Source of the DNA: Candidatus Thorarchaeota archaeon
GTDB lineage: Archaea > Asgardarchaeota > Thorarchaeia > Thorarchaeales > Thorarchaeaceae
Assembly: GCA_048882485.1 (NCBI GenBank)
Contig: JBHLRP010000014.1
Span: 1-64,000, forward strand
Length of the DNA: 64,000 bases
Direction of reading: 5' to 3'
Part shown: positions 1 to 10,120 of the stretch, piece by piece
Layout: each line of letters opens with the position of its first letter
Numbering within the stretch: the stretch's first letter is position 1
Notes under the pieces: model-generated
The model's input: only the letters and a program-made list of their open reading frames with translations
The model's database searches: none
What the model was told of the DNA's origin: nothing
Program-made: the position numbers and the translations under genes

Positions 1-15
1 GACCTGAGAATAGCA

Positions 16-2427
16 ATGCGTGAGCGTCGACTGACTCTAGAAGAGTCTGGGCGACTCTACAGAGAGTTTGATGCAAAAACTCACAATGAATTGCGCAAGA
101 CAGGTCTCAGCGTCGAGAAGTTCATCCGGAAGTCTTGTCCAGAACCTGACCCGAGTGAGGTCTATCGACTCTACTATGAGGAGAGGCTGTCTCAGAAGAA
201 CGTTGCCAAGAAACTTGGAGTCACTGAGTGGTCGGTGAGGAAGGTCTTCAAGAAGTACGGACTGGAGACACGCAGTATCGAGGGCGTCCATTCCGATGTT
301 GACCATAGCTCAGTGTGTCAACTCTACTTCGAAGAGGGATGGACCCAGAGGGACATCGCTGAGATGCTCGGGCTCACTGAGTGGTCTGTGAGGAGAATCC
401 TCTCTAGTCCTAGGGTGGAGGCGTTGGAAGACCCGCTTCTTGCTACGCTGAGCGACACGACTGAGATGATTGAGTTCTCAAGGGCGGAGTATCTAGAGGC
501 TGTCAGGCGAAATCCCGAGCTTCGTCTGATGAGGAGTTTTGACAGGAAGCATCATGATGTCCTTGCCTATTTCGACTTGAAGGACTTGCTTGCCAAGGGT
601 GAGGTGGACCATGTGGAGTTTGCTCGCGAGCGAGGAATCTACTATGGAAAGGTCGCGAAATGGGCTCAAGATGTGAAACAGCCGACCATGCTGGCGATCG
701 CATATGACTGTGAACTTCGGCGTCTGTACAAGGAGGCCCATGGCAGCTTGCCAGAAGTCGAACCTGACATTGTCCACGAGGACAGAGTGGAATACGAGCA
801 GAAACGCATCATCAGGGAATGGGCGAGGACGGCTCATCTAGAAAGGCTTCTTGTTCCGAAGGATGCTCCTGAAGCCATTAAGGACAGGCCAGCTCTCACG
901 CAGATCTCGTTGGATGAAGTAGAGGGAATCCTGGAGTCTTATACCACCCCCGTCGAAACATTGACCGAGCTCGTGGAGTTTGCTCTCCGGCGTTCCTCGA
1001 GGGTGAGCTGTATTGATCTCTCAGAGGTCGAGTCTTGGAAACTGCGTGCACTTCGAGAGACCTTTGCGTCAGTGCCAGAGGCGGTGGAATGGGCTGCCAT
1101 GGAGAAGGTGGGAGGTGACCCCTTCCGAATTGGGCTGGTCGATGACATACTCTATGTCTGGAGACCTGACTCCTCTTTCTTCAACCTGATGAACATCTAT
1201 CGTGGCCTCTATTTCTACTTCAACGACAGAAATGAGATTGCCCAGTTCATCTTGGATATTGATACTTCATTATCGAGTGATAACTTGGGACTGAGAGAAA
1301 CTGTCGACCATCTTGAGGAGCTTATCATGCAGATGTTTCCAGACTCCGAGGAGGTCATGCTTGCAAATGACAAGGGACGGGACTATAGAATCTTGGGCAA
1401 GCATTTACACCTCCTATCAGATATTTCAGGCATTACTCCATCTCAATTGGAAAGTCGAGTTTTCAAAATAACAAATAGTGAAATGGGTCACGGAGGAATT
1501 ATGAATCCGAAATTCCTAGAAGGTGAGGAATTAGAAATCGCCTTGGCGCGTCTAGCAGCTACAATCCTTTGTGATGGACATATCCAAAGAAAGGGAGGAT
1601 CTGTCAGTTACAGCGAGTCTAATACTGACAGAATTGATATTTTCGAGAGGGATCTTGGGAAGTTTGGCGATATCGAATTATCGCGGTATTGGGATAAAAG
1701 AGATGACTTGTATAGCTGCTATATCTCAAGTGGCTTTGGAACGATATTGAAATACATAGGACTTGCAGCCGGGGATAAGACCATTCTTAATCCACAATTA
1801 AGGAATGAATTCATTGAAGGACTATCTTGGAAAGCCCTATGTGCTTTAATTGAGGATACAATTCCCGAAGATGGCACAGTGAATCCTGGAAGAATTAGAT
1901 GTTCTCATTCTGTTGCTTTACATGCTGGCGATAAGACCGAGAAATATGGCATGACCCCGCTTGTTGGAGAAGCTGAAATCGAGCTTATCAAGTCCAAAGG
2001 AAATCGCGATGATGATGCCCTTGTTGATTGTTGGTCCCTCCCGTTTGGGAGATTGACTAAGCTGACACTGTCAAGGGATTCAGGAATTGCATCGGTAGCT
2101 TCGAATCTTCACGATGTCACTATGGGTAATCCAAGCAACTTCATTCTTGCAGAACAGCGCGCTCTTCAAAGATTGGATGTTGAATCCACAAGAAATCCTG
2201 TCAATGTCAGTTTCTATAGAAAGTCTGGCAGAGTTTCGGTTTCATGGCAGTGGACTGTTTCTGGTGATGATGCAGTAAAACTAGCAATATTAGCGCCCCC
2301 TAATGATGTAGTAAAGAGGGGAATTCTTAGATCGTGGTTGAAACGAATACCAGCCAGGGTCAAGGAAATAATCTCAGACTTGGAACAGAAGGAAATACAA
2401 TTTGAGTATTGGTGGATTAAGGAATAG
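16..2427 (+). CDS. Large protein with tandem N-terminal HTH repeats and a C-terminal LAGLIDADG-like domain (possibly 5'-truncated by the window edge)
   Basis: Two HTH units (LYYEERLSQKNVAKKLGVTEWSVRK and LYFEEGWTQRDIAEMLGLTEWSVRR). LAGLIDADG-like motifs LAATILCDGHI and LIEDTIPEDGTV. The frame is open from base 1. Confidence 0.6.
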   Translation: MRERRLTLEESGRLYREFDAKTHNELRKTGLSVEKFIRKSCPEPDPSEVYRLYYEERLSQKNVAKKLGVTEWSVRKVFKKYGLETRSIEGVHSDVDHSSVCQLYFEEGWTQRDIAEMLGLTEWSVRRILSSPRVEALEDPLLATLSDTTEMIEFSRAEYLEAVRRNPELRLMRSFDRKHHDVLAYFDLKDLLAKGEVDHVEFARERGIYYGKVAKWAQDVKQPTMLAIAYDCELRRLYKEAHGSLPEVEPDIVHEDRVEYEQKRIIREWARTAHLERLLVPKDAPEAIKDRPALTQISLDEVEGILESYTTPVETLTELVEFALRRSSRVSCIDLSEVESWKLRALRETFASVPEAVEWAAMEKVGGDPFRIGLVDDILYVWRPDSSFFNLMNIYRGLYFYFNDRNEIAQFILDIDTSLSSDNLGLRETVDHLEELIMQMFPDSEEVMLANDKGRDYRILGKHLHLLSDISGITPSQLESRVFKITNSEMGHGGIMNPKFLEGEELEIALARLAATILCDGHIQRKGGSVSYSESNTDRIDIFERDLGKFGDIELSRYWDKRDDLYSCYISSGFGTILKYIGLAAGDKTILNPQLRNEFIEGLSWKALCALIEDTIPEDGTVNPGRIRCSHSVALHAGDKTEKYGMTPLVGEAEIELIKSKGNRDDDALVDCWSLPFGRLTKLTLSRDSGIASVASNLHDVTMGNPSNFILAEQRALQRLDVESTRNPVNVSFYRKSGRVSVSWQWTVSGDDAVKLAILAPPNDVVKRGILRSWLKRIPARVKEIISDLEQKEIQFEYWWIKE

Positions 2428-2455
2428 AAGATTCGTGGCTTGACATAGAGGAATC

Positions 2456-2463
2456 TTTAAAAA
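2456..2463 (+). promoter_or_regulatory. Putative TATA box of the 5S rRNA gene
   Basis: TTTAAAAA about 20-27 nt upstream of the predicted 5S start. Confidence 0.5.
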
Positions 2464-2482
2464 CTCACATCAGTGATTTCAC

Positions 2483-2606
2483 ATGATGGCGGCCATAGGC
2501 CTCAGGGTACACCCGATCCCGTTCCGATCTCGGAAGTTAAGCCTGAGTTGCCGTTGTGGGAGATGTGCGCTGCGCGAGCGCGTGACAGGCCCACAAGCTG
2601 CCACAT
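2483..2606 (+). rRNA. rrf: 5S rRNA (stand-alone)
   Basis: GGCGGCCATAG...ACACCCGATCCCGTTCCGATCTCGGAAGTTAAGCC 5S signature. Terminal helix TGGCGGC/GCTGCCA. Followed by a T-rich tract. Confidence 0.95.
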
Positions 2607-2625
2607 TATCCTTTTGTCCAATGAA

Positions 2626-4092
2626 TCATGTTGACTTTTCCCATTCATCTAAGGCTTCCCTGCCACCGGGAATCTGTGATAATAGCCAAAGGGCTTCCTT
2701 GATTGAAAACACCTTTTGACGACCTTCTCTAAGCTCTTTGCTATCAGGGAAGATTCGCAATCCATCTTCGTAGACCATATCAGCTTCGTCTATTCGTTTC
2801 TGCTTCTGGAGAATTTGGCCAAGAAGATGCCAGGTCAGCGGATTCGGAATGCCCAATTCAAGGGCTCTTCTTAGGCACTCTTCAGCCTCGGAGAGCCTGT
2901 CATCAATGAATAGTACCACTCCAAGATAGTGTTTAAACCATGCATTATTGGGAGCTAGAGAACACGACGTTTCCATTGACGTAATCGCATCTTGTATTCG
3001 GTCCTGAAGGACTAGCGATAGACCAAGAAGGAAGTGATAGCGGCCCCTGTCAGGTGCAATCTCAATAGCCCTAGTTATTGCAGATTCAGCCTCGGCGAAT
3101 TTCTCCTGCCTGGCAAGTGACAAACCTAATTGACTCCACGCTTCATCGTCTTCAGGAGCAAGCTCGATTGCTGTTGATAGAGCTTCTTCCGCTTCCACAG
3201 ATTTGTTGCCTTCAAGAAGAGTTGTTCCCAGCCACCTCCATAAGATGCCACTCTGCTCTCCAAGGGATATGGCCTTTCTAATTGACTCTTCAGCTTCTAC
3301 AAACCTGCGGAGAGTTCGCTGGCTCCCATTCAGAGCCACCCAGTGTCTTACGTCCTGAGGCTCTAATTCACAGGCTCTCCTAAATGCCGTTTCTGCTTCT
3401 ACTGTTTCCTTCATGCTATCCAACAAGAGACCAAAATGAAACCAAGCATTAGCATCATTGGGATCAAGCTTCAGTGCTATATCAAATGCTTCCCGTGCCT
3501 CCATCCCTCTTTTCAACTCCTGAAGACAAGTGCCCAAATCACGCCAAGCAGCGGCTGAAGATGGATTGAGTTTGCAAGCTCTTCGATATGCCCTTTCAGC
3601 TTCCTCAAACTGATTACTCCGCAAGAGTGCCCTTCCAAGTGCTCCTTCCAGTTGAAATGATTCGGGGCCGAGTTTAGTTGCATTCTTCAAAGCTTCAGCA
3701 GCTTCTGCAAACTTGGCCTGCATTCCCAGCGACTGTCCAAGCCCACTCCATATTAACCAATTATCTGGGGCTATCTCTGCAGCGTGCTTATGGAAATCCT
3801 CAGCTTCTGCATATCTCTCAAGATTATTCATAACCCCGCCCATCCTAGACCAAGAGAGCGGGTCTTCAGGAGCAAGCTCCCACGCACGGCGATATGATCT
3901 CTCGGCTGCTACAAACTTTCCCTGCCTAGAGAGAGACCTTGCATGGCCAAACAAAGCATCAACATTGTCAGGTTCGATCTCAAGCGCGTGCTTATACACA
4001 GCCTCAGCTTCTTCCAATCGCCCTTGATTGACAAGGGATCCCCCTGTCTTGATTAGATTGTCCAATTCACTATTCCGATTTATTATACTCAC
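2626..4092 (-). CDS. Tetratricopeptide repeat protein (~13 TPRs)
   Basis: Repeated 34-aa units such as AWFHFGLLL..EAETAFRRACELEP. Confidence 0.9.
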   Translation of the reverse strand: MSIINRNSELDNLIKTGGSLVNQGRLEEAEAVYKHALEIEPDNVDALFGHARSLSRQGKFVAAERSYRRAWELAPEDPLSWSRMGGVMNNLERYAEAEDFHKHAAEIAPDNWLIWSGLGQSLGMQAKFAEAAEALKNATKLGPESFQLEGALGRALLRSNQFEEAERAYRRACKLNPSSAAAWRDLGTCLQELKRGMEAREAFDIALKLDPNDANAWFHFGLLLDSMKETVEAETAFRRACELEPQDVRHWVALNGSQRTLRRFVEAEESIRKAISLGEQSGILWRWLGTTLLEGNKSVEAEEALSTAIELAPEDDEAWSQLGLSLARQEKFAEAESAITRAIEIAPDRGRYHFLLGLSLVLQDRIQDAITSMETSCSLAPNNAWFKHYLGVVLFIDDRLSEAEECLRRALELGIPNPLTWHLLGQILQKQKRIDEADMVYEDGLRIFPDSKELREGRQKVFSIKEALWLLSQIPGGREALDEWEKST

Positions 4093-4289
4093 AACCTTTA
4101 GACCTGTTTTTTATATCAGTTATAACTTCTGTATTTGGTCTCACAGTACATTATCTTCAGGCGAGTTGCTGGGGTACCGTCATTTTGATTTCGCTGGTCT
4201 AAGTATTCTTCCTTTCTTGAGTGCTCAACTTGATTTCAACAGGACATTTATCTCCAATAAGAAGCAAAATCATCATCGTGGTGGTTTAA

Positions 4290-7200
4290 CTGAAGCAATT
4301 CGCGTCTGAATTTGCGTTTGCCATATCAGAAAGGAACTATAAAGTCATAGATTCACTTGCTGATAAATTCTTACAAGAGAATGGATGGGAAAAGCTCAGA
4401 CAAGAATATCTGGTTGGATTTCGAGATTCGAAAATTAAATTGAGTGATGGCAAACTACGAGATTCATTGATACACCTACTTGATTTGGAATCAACGAGTG
4501 GTATCGATTGTGATATGTTAGAGCTTTTCAAAAATGTGTCCGCGAGGTCACTAGCTGATTTCAGAATGAAGGCAACCCCTATTGCACTGAAACAACTCAG
4601 GAAACAGATTAGAAAAGGCAACACCTTCTTCATAGACATCGGAAAATTAGCCCAAACAAGATTTGCCAGTTTAGCTAAAGAAATCATTGAAGTACGAATT
4701 AAGGAGGTGCAAGATCTACAGGACAATATAGAAACTAGAGATTTGTTTCCCACATACTATGGATTTCAAATATTGACAGCAGGTTCTATACTAAGTGCAA
4801 CGAAAGATGGAGAACTTCCTCGTGTAGTAGCGAATTTGCAGAATCTACTTGATTCAGTTGATTCAACTTCATTCATCAAGGAAACTAAGCCAATAATCTC
4901 CAGAGATCTTTTCTCACATTGTTCTGTCAATACATCATTTTTACTGAAAAATCTTGCAATAATATCAGTCTACTATACATTGCCAAGGATAAAGAGAATA
5001 CTAGACACATTGGGTGAAAAAGGCGACTCTCGTGCAATTCCGACAATTCTTCGAAGATTAAAGATTTGTAAACAAGAAGAAATTCCAAGAATCGTTAATG
5101 CTCTAGAAAAGATAGGCTCGCCTGAAGCTGTTGATGATTTGTACGACGTTTACTTGAAACAGACGAAAGCAAGCGGCAGAAGAATCTTGAAGACAATTGG
5201 AAAGATACCATCTATCAGAACAGGTGAAATCCTGTTAGATCTTCTTCAAAAGGGCGAAAATGTTGATCTTGTTGTAGAGCCATTGGGGAGAATGAAATAC
5301 GCTCCTGCATTTTCAGTCATCTTGAAATCTCTGGATACTGTTCTTTCCCAGAAGAAACACAAGGCAGTCCTTCCACCTTTATTATCTTCAATATCATTCT
5401 ATGGTGAGATTGGAAGGGATGCAATAAAAGAACGTCTGGCCCAAATTGATTTGATAGTAAAACGGACAAAAAAGCCAGGTAGTTATTTCCGCTGGATGTC
5501 ACAGCTATATGAGTCGGGTGATGAAGCAATCAATAATCAGATAGAAAGATGGGTTTCAGAGATATTGCACGACGCACGCTCTCGAACAAAAGAAGGACAA
5601 CATGAATTCAATCGCAAAGTCTACGACTATGAACAAGGATTGGGTGGGCCCTATGGCTCGAGATACCCTGAAATGCTCCAAAAGAAGAAGCCTATTGGAT
5701 CCGTGCAAATTCTATTGCAATCATTGCAGGACATGCCATACGAACTGGACAATGCAATATTGCACAAAGATTTCTTCATTGACATTATCACTAGAACAAC
5801 TCATTCAATACTCGAACTGAGAGATCTTCTCGATGGATTCCCACAGTATGTTTCTAGTGATAAGATAATTGCGAAAATACTGCATCTTCTTAGTGAAAGC
5901 GAGAACTTATTGTTAGACTTGAAAAGAGTAATTCACATTCCGGAGCTGTTCGGACATCAGGAGTTCCTTGAGTTAATCGATGTAGCACTCAAAGATTTGC
6001 CAGAGTACTTGAATTCAACCCGTCGACCGCGAGCTGAATTTGAATCATTTCTATTCAATCCTTTTCTGTCTAGACGAAACTCGTTTAGAAAAGCCATCTT
6101 AGAATATCTAGAACTAAGGAAATCCCTGGATAGACCACCAGAAATCTTCAGTACATATCGATCTTCCTTCAACAAACCATGGCTTTTGAAACCACTTCTA
6201 GAAGACAGTATGATATGTCGGAAGATTCTCGAGTACGGATACGAATTCCACAAAAAGTACTCATTCTATCAATTCTATCCATGGCAGTTCCTTGGTTCTC
6301 ACTCATTCAGGGAAGAGGCTCAGAACTATCTCTTTCAAATCATCAAGTCTGAGAAGTTCTTTGGAGAGATTGTTTCTACTGAGATTAGAAATTGGATAAG
6401 AGAAAATCTTCCGGGTATACTAAGACTAGATGAACGACTTCCTGATATCCTTCAGTATGCAGCTGAATCAGGATTCATAGACGATAGACCAATTCTGGAT
6501 TTTCTCCTTGAGAACGTTGATGTTCTGCTCTCGTTTCCCAAAGAGGACCCAAGAAGTCTATGGTTTCGTCGTCCTCTTAGCAGCATAATCAAAAATTCAA
6601 CTAAAATTCCTATTGAGATCTTGGAGAGAATGATTCTTGCAGATGTTGATTGGGGAATCATAAATGATATCGCTGACCATCCTGAATTAATGTCATTGCA
6701 GCCAATACAAGATGCAATCTTGGAATCCACTAAGAATGTACCTCCGCATTACTCGATGTGCCTCAGAGCTGCACGAATACCAGCATTGAGAGCTTTTGAA
6801 CCAATCAAAGAAGCTTTTGAGTTGGCGTTTATAGACAGGAAGAGAATCTCTCGTGAAGACCTTCTTGATATAGCCACTCTAAGGCTTGAAGAATATATCC
6901 GTACTAACGATCTGAAAGCACTCCGTGCCTACCTTAGAAAAATAACAAAGAAGAATGAAATCATTCGGCACATCTTGACAAAAAAACACCTCATAGAACA
7001 CAAAACGATTCAGGAACATTTCTACTCGTTATTGAAGAATAAGGGCGGCAATCTGCCACGTCTAGGGAGGAAACTGGCTTCAATCTTGCTGAGCTTCATG
7101 GATAGAAAAAGCCCAGAAGAAGTAGTTGAAGCCCTTCTCAGTAGATGGGATGATGACAATTATAGATACCGCATTCTAGAAGGTATCCGGCTTAATGTGA

Positions 7201-7628
7201 ATATAGCAAAAAAGAATCTGCAACTCCTAGTAGAAGGAATTGTATCTGCATACTCTGTACTTGATATAGAGGACAAGGAACTGAAATCTGAAGAGATTCA
7301 GGTACTAGTAAAGATACCATCGCTTGCCAAGAATGAAGTGATTGTTGGATTGATATGTGACATCATCCAAAACCATGATTTCCCTCTAGATTTAGTTCCA
7401 CTGATAAAAGATTCAAAGGAAATAATGAGTAGCAAATCGGTTATGGAGGTTTTTCATTTTCATAGAGATCATGTACTTGACGTCATCCAATATCCATGGA
7501 CGTCAAACTATCCAGATTTTAGAACTATCTGTGACAACATCAACTCAGTACCAATATTAAAGGAAGATTCAGAGACTCAGGCAGAATTGAAACGTGTGGC
7601 AAATCTTTTCAAACGAGTATTGAAGTAA
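4290..7628 (+). CDS. Large HEAT/ARM-repeat protein
   Basis: HEAT-PBS-like units (LGEKGDSRAIPTIL, LEKIGSPEAVDDL, LGRMKYAPAFSVIL). The frame is open back to a CTG at 4290 preceded by GGTGG; the ORF track starts at TTG 4440. Confidence 0.75.
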   Translation: MKQFASEFAFAISERNYKVIDSLADKFLQENGWEKLRQEYLVGFRDSKIKLSDGKLRDSLIHLLDLESTSGIDCDMLELFKNVSARSLADFRMKATPIALKQLRKQIRKGNTFFIDIGKLAQTRFASLAKEIIEVRIKEVQDLQDNIETRDLFPTYYGFQILTAGSILSATKDGELPRVVANLQNLLDSVDSTSFIKETKPIISRDLFSHCSVNTSFLLKNLAIISVYYTLPRIKRILDTLGEKGDSRAIPTILRRLKICKQEEIPRIVNALEKIGSPEAVDDLYDVYLKQTKASGRRILKTIGKIPSIRTGEILLDLLQKGENVDLVVEPLGRMKYAPAFSVILKSLDTVLSQKKHKAVLPPLLSSISFYGEIGRDAIKERLAQIDLIVKRTKKPGSYFRWMSQLYESGDEAINNQIERWVSEILHDARSRTKEGQHEFNRKVYDYEQGLGGPYGSRYPEMLQKKKPIGSVQILLQSLQDMPYELDNAILHKDFFIDIITRTTHSILELRDLLDGFPQYVSSDKIIAKILHLLSESENLLLDLKRVIHIPELFGHQEFLELIDVALKDLPEYLNSTRRPRAEFESFLFNPFLSRRNSFRKAILEYLELRKSLDRPPEIFSTYRSSFNKPWLLKPLLEDSMICRKILEYGYEFHKKYSFYQFYPWQFLGSHSFREEAQNYLFQIIKSEKFFGEIVSTEIRNWIRENLPGILRLDERLPDILQYAAESGFIDDRPILDFLLENVDVLLSFPKEDPRSLWFRRPLSSIIKNSTKIPIEILERMILADVDWGIINDIADHPELMSLQPIQDAILESTKNVPPHYSMCLRAARIPALRAFEPIKEAFELAFIDRKRISREDLLDIATLRLEEYIRTNDLKALRAYLRKITKKNEIIRHILTKKHLIEHKTIQEHFYSLLKNKGGNLPRLGRKLASILLSFMDRKSPEEVVEALLSRWDDDNYRYRILEGIRLNVNIAKKNLQLLVEGIVSAYSVLDIEDKELKSEEIQVLVKIPSLAKNEVIVGLICDIIQNHDFPLDLVPLIKDSKEIMSSKSVMEVFHFHRDHVLDVIQYPWTSNYPDFRTICDNINSVPILKEDSETQAELKRVANLFKRVLK

Positions 7629-8011
7629 ATGAGTATGTCATCATCTATTAAAAAATGGAAAACTCACCATATGGTGCCCGATATCTGACGACCACTCCAC
7701 CATCGGAACAATAGATACAGGAACACCGCTATAGCGACGAATGTAAGCGGAGTAAACAAGATCATAGGTTGAGTAATTTCCTGCATAAGTATGGTAGTTC
7801 TCCGTAAAAGCAGGATAAAGACTCATCGCTCCCTTCCTATGAAGCAGGTACGACACGGCAATCCTGGGATAGGCGCTACAAAGAGCAGCGCTTACATGCC
7901 TCTGAAATAGTCAACTCTGGGAGCACGCAAATCCCGTGATTTCAAGACTACTGCCCCTACCAGAATAGGATGAATCATCAAAAATGACGTAGATACAGAA
8001 ATGATTCAGCC

Positions 8012-9076
8012 TCATACCCGCGTCTTCCATCGTCTGTAGTAATCCTGCAGCTGCATATTGCTGGGATTCCAACTTATTGCATTCTTAATCGCCGTTTCGG
8101 CTTCTTTAATATGACCTTGTCGAGTGAGAGCTTCAGCTCGTGTGACCCAAGCAAGTGCGTTACGAGGCTTGTCGCTGAGCACCTTTTCTGTAATAGACAA
8201 TGAATCATCATATCTGCCTTGGCCAATGAGTACGTCTGCCATGAGAAGTAGAGCTGACGGGTTGTCTGGATATTTCCCTAGCATTTCTTCAGCAATCATC
8301 GCAGCCTCATCATATCGTTCCTCTCTGCAGAGACGAAATCCTTCATCTATTCGAGATAGCATATCCTGTACGCCTCTCTTTGCATGTTCAATCACGTCAT
8401 CAGAAAATGAAACGGATTCCTTTGTCCCATCAGGTCTCGTCCTAACAATCTTGATGCCTCTAAGTGTTGAATCAACGTGTTGCGCTCTCTCTTGCAATTG
8501 ACTGGTCTGTTCAAGCAGCATCTTGATGGCCTCGTTGGATGGATCAAGGTTCAAAGCCTCTCTCAAGGCAGCCTCAGCATCTCTGAGTTCGCCCCTCTCC
8601 TTGAGCGCAGCACCTTTGTTCAACAAACACTTCATTCTCAGGTGATCATCTAGGTCGCATCGGAGGGCTTTGTCATACTTGTGCACGGCATCCAGCCACA
8701 TGGACTGGTCCAGATACAAGTTGCCAAAGTTATACCAAGCAAGAGCAAAATCCGGCATTGCCTTGACAACTTGCTTGTATGTCTTCTCAGCTTCTTTGAA
8801 ATCTTGACGCATCTTGAGCAAAGAAGCGTAATTCAACTGAACTGCGGGATGTGGCGGCTTATCCAGCTTGAAATAGCGCTTGAAAGCTTTGAGTGATTCA
8901 TCCAGCTTTCCCTGATCTTTGAGAATTGTTCCATACATTGCCCACGCTATGGCATTCTTCTTATCAAGATCAATCGACGTCCTATAGCACTCCTCAGCCT
9001 CCTGTAGTCGCCCTTCCTGGAAGAATTGCTCTCCACGTTCTATCCATTCGACGGCTTCCCTCTTCTTGTCAGCCAT
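8012..9076 (-). CDS. Tetratricopeptide repeat protein
   Basis: Two TPR blocks (AWYNFGNLY, ALAWVTRAEAL). ATG at 9076 with an AGGAG SD. Confidence 0.9.
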   Translation of the reverse strand: MADKKREAVEWIERGEQFFQEGRLQEAEECYRTSIDLDKKNAIAWAMYGTILKDQGKLDESLKAFKRYFKLDKPPHPAVQLNYASLLKMRQDFKEAEKTYKQVVKAMPDFALAWYNFGNLYLDQSMWLDAVHKYDKALRCDLDDHLRMKCLLNKGAALKERGELRDAEAALREALNLDPSNEAIKMLLEQTSQLQERAQHVDSTLRGIKIVRTRPDGTKESVSFSDDVIEHAKRGVQDMLSRIDEGFRLCREERYDEAAMIAEEMLGKYPDNPSALLLMADVLIGQGRYDDSLSITEKVLSDKPRNALAWVTRAEALTRQGHIKEAETAIKNAISWNPSNMQLQDYYRRWKTRV

Positions 9077-9285
9077 TAACGGAACGCTCCTTACCAATTA
9101 ACTGAAAGACATGTGGTTCCACACAAATAAACTATTCCGGAAATCACAGATTCGTAGGCTCCGTGCATCATGAAGTATCGACCATCAAATCTGCTATTGG
9201 TGGCGATACATTGAAATGCTATATTCTTCAGCACATCTCGGCATCTGAGGGATACGGATTGAATGAGTAGAGTGATTAAACACCA

Positions 9286-9966
9286 ATGCCAAAAGAATCA
9301 GGTAAGTCAGGGCAACAGTCAAGGGAGATAAAACCTGAGGACATGCCCCAAGAAGCGTGGGAAATGTATGAGGCTGGTCTCGCTGATGAAGAGAAAGGCC
9401 GCTTAGCTAACGCTGAAGAAAAATATGAAAAAGCCGTTCAGATACACCCGGCATTTGAGGCGTGCTGGCTTAATCTTGCATTAGTTCAGCAGAACCAGGG
9501 TGACCTTCTCAAATCAATTGTAACCTCTAAGAGGGCGCTCGAGCATCTTCCTAACAGTTCTCAGATATGGTGCAATCTTGGAACATTCTATCTGCAAATT
9601 GAGAGAATGGAGGAGAAAGCGGAGTCTGCTTTCCGCAAGGCTCTCGAACTCGAGCCCAATTTTACTGTCGTCATGGTCAATTTAGGAATGCTGCTTGCTA
9701 AACAGGGCGATATTGAAGGGGCTGAGATGTACTTATCCAGGTCACGAGTGACCGCATATGAAAGAGAAGATGGTTCTGAATCAAAAGAGTTCACCTCGCG
9801 TGTCTGGGCTGAGATTGCTGTACTGCGTGCGGTGTTGGGCAAATCCAATGGAGTTCAAATGGCGTGCATAGCTGCACTTGAGGCCGATGATACAAGTCCT
9901 TTCGTTCTGGAGAGGATATCTCTAGCTCGTTCAATAATCGATGACAAAGAAAAGGAGAACTCCTAG
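9286..9966 (+). CDS. Tetratricopeptide repeat protein
   Basis: TPR units CWLNLALVQ, IWCNLGTFY, VMVNLGMLL. Confidence 0.88.
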   Translation: MPKESGKSGQQSREIKPEDMPQEAWEMYEAGLADEEKGRLANAEEKYEKAVQIHPAFEACWLNLALVQQNQGDLLKSIVTSKRALEHLPNSSQIWCNLGTFYLQIERMEEKAESAFRKALELEPNFTVVMVNLGMLLAKQGDIEGAEMYLSRSRVTAYEREDGSESKEFTSRVWAEIAVLRAVLGKSNGVQMACIAALEADDTSPFVLERISLARSIIDDKEKENS

Positions 9967-10120
9967 GAGCCTGGCTATGAGAAGCATACGAATTTCAACC
10001 AAATCAGAACACATCCTTCACAGATTCCGATTTCCACGACGCAGCCAAGTTCATTGAATTTGCTGAAGATTCTTCGGTGAGCATTTGGATGAATTGTAAA
10101 CTTGCGGGTCTTTACAGATT

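Noticed and set aside
2483-2719. 78-aa ORF (and the similar ORF at 9975-10241)
   Set aside because: Both are spurious translations over the 5S gene and its duplicated half.
7641-7856. 71-aa ORF in the island as an integrase remnant
   Set aside because: No recombinase motifs, and the other frames I checked are closed. Coding status is unsupported.
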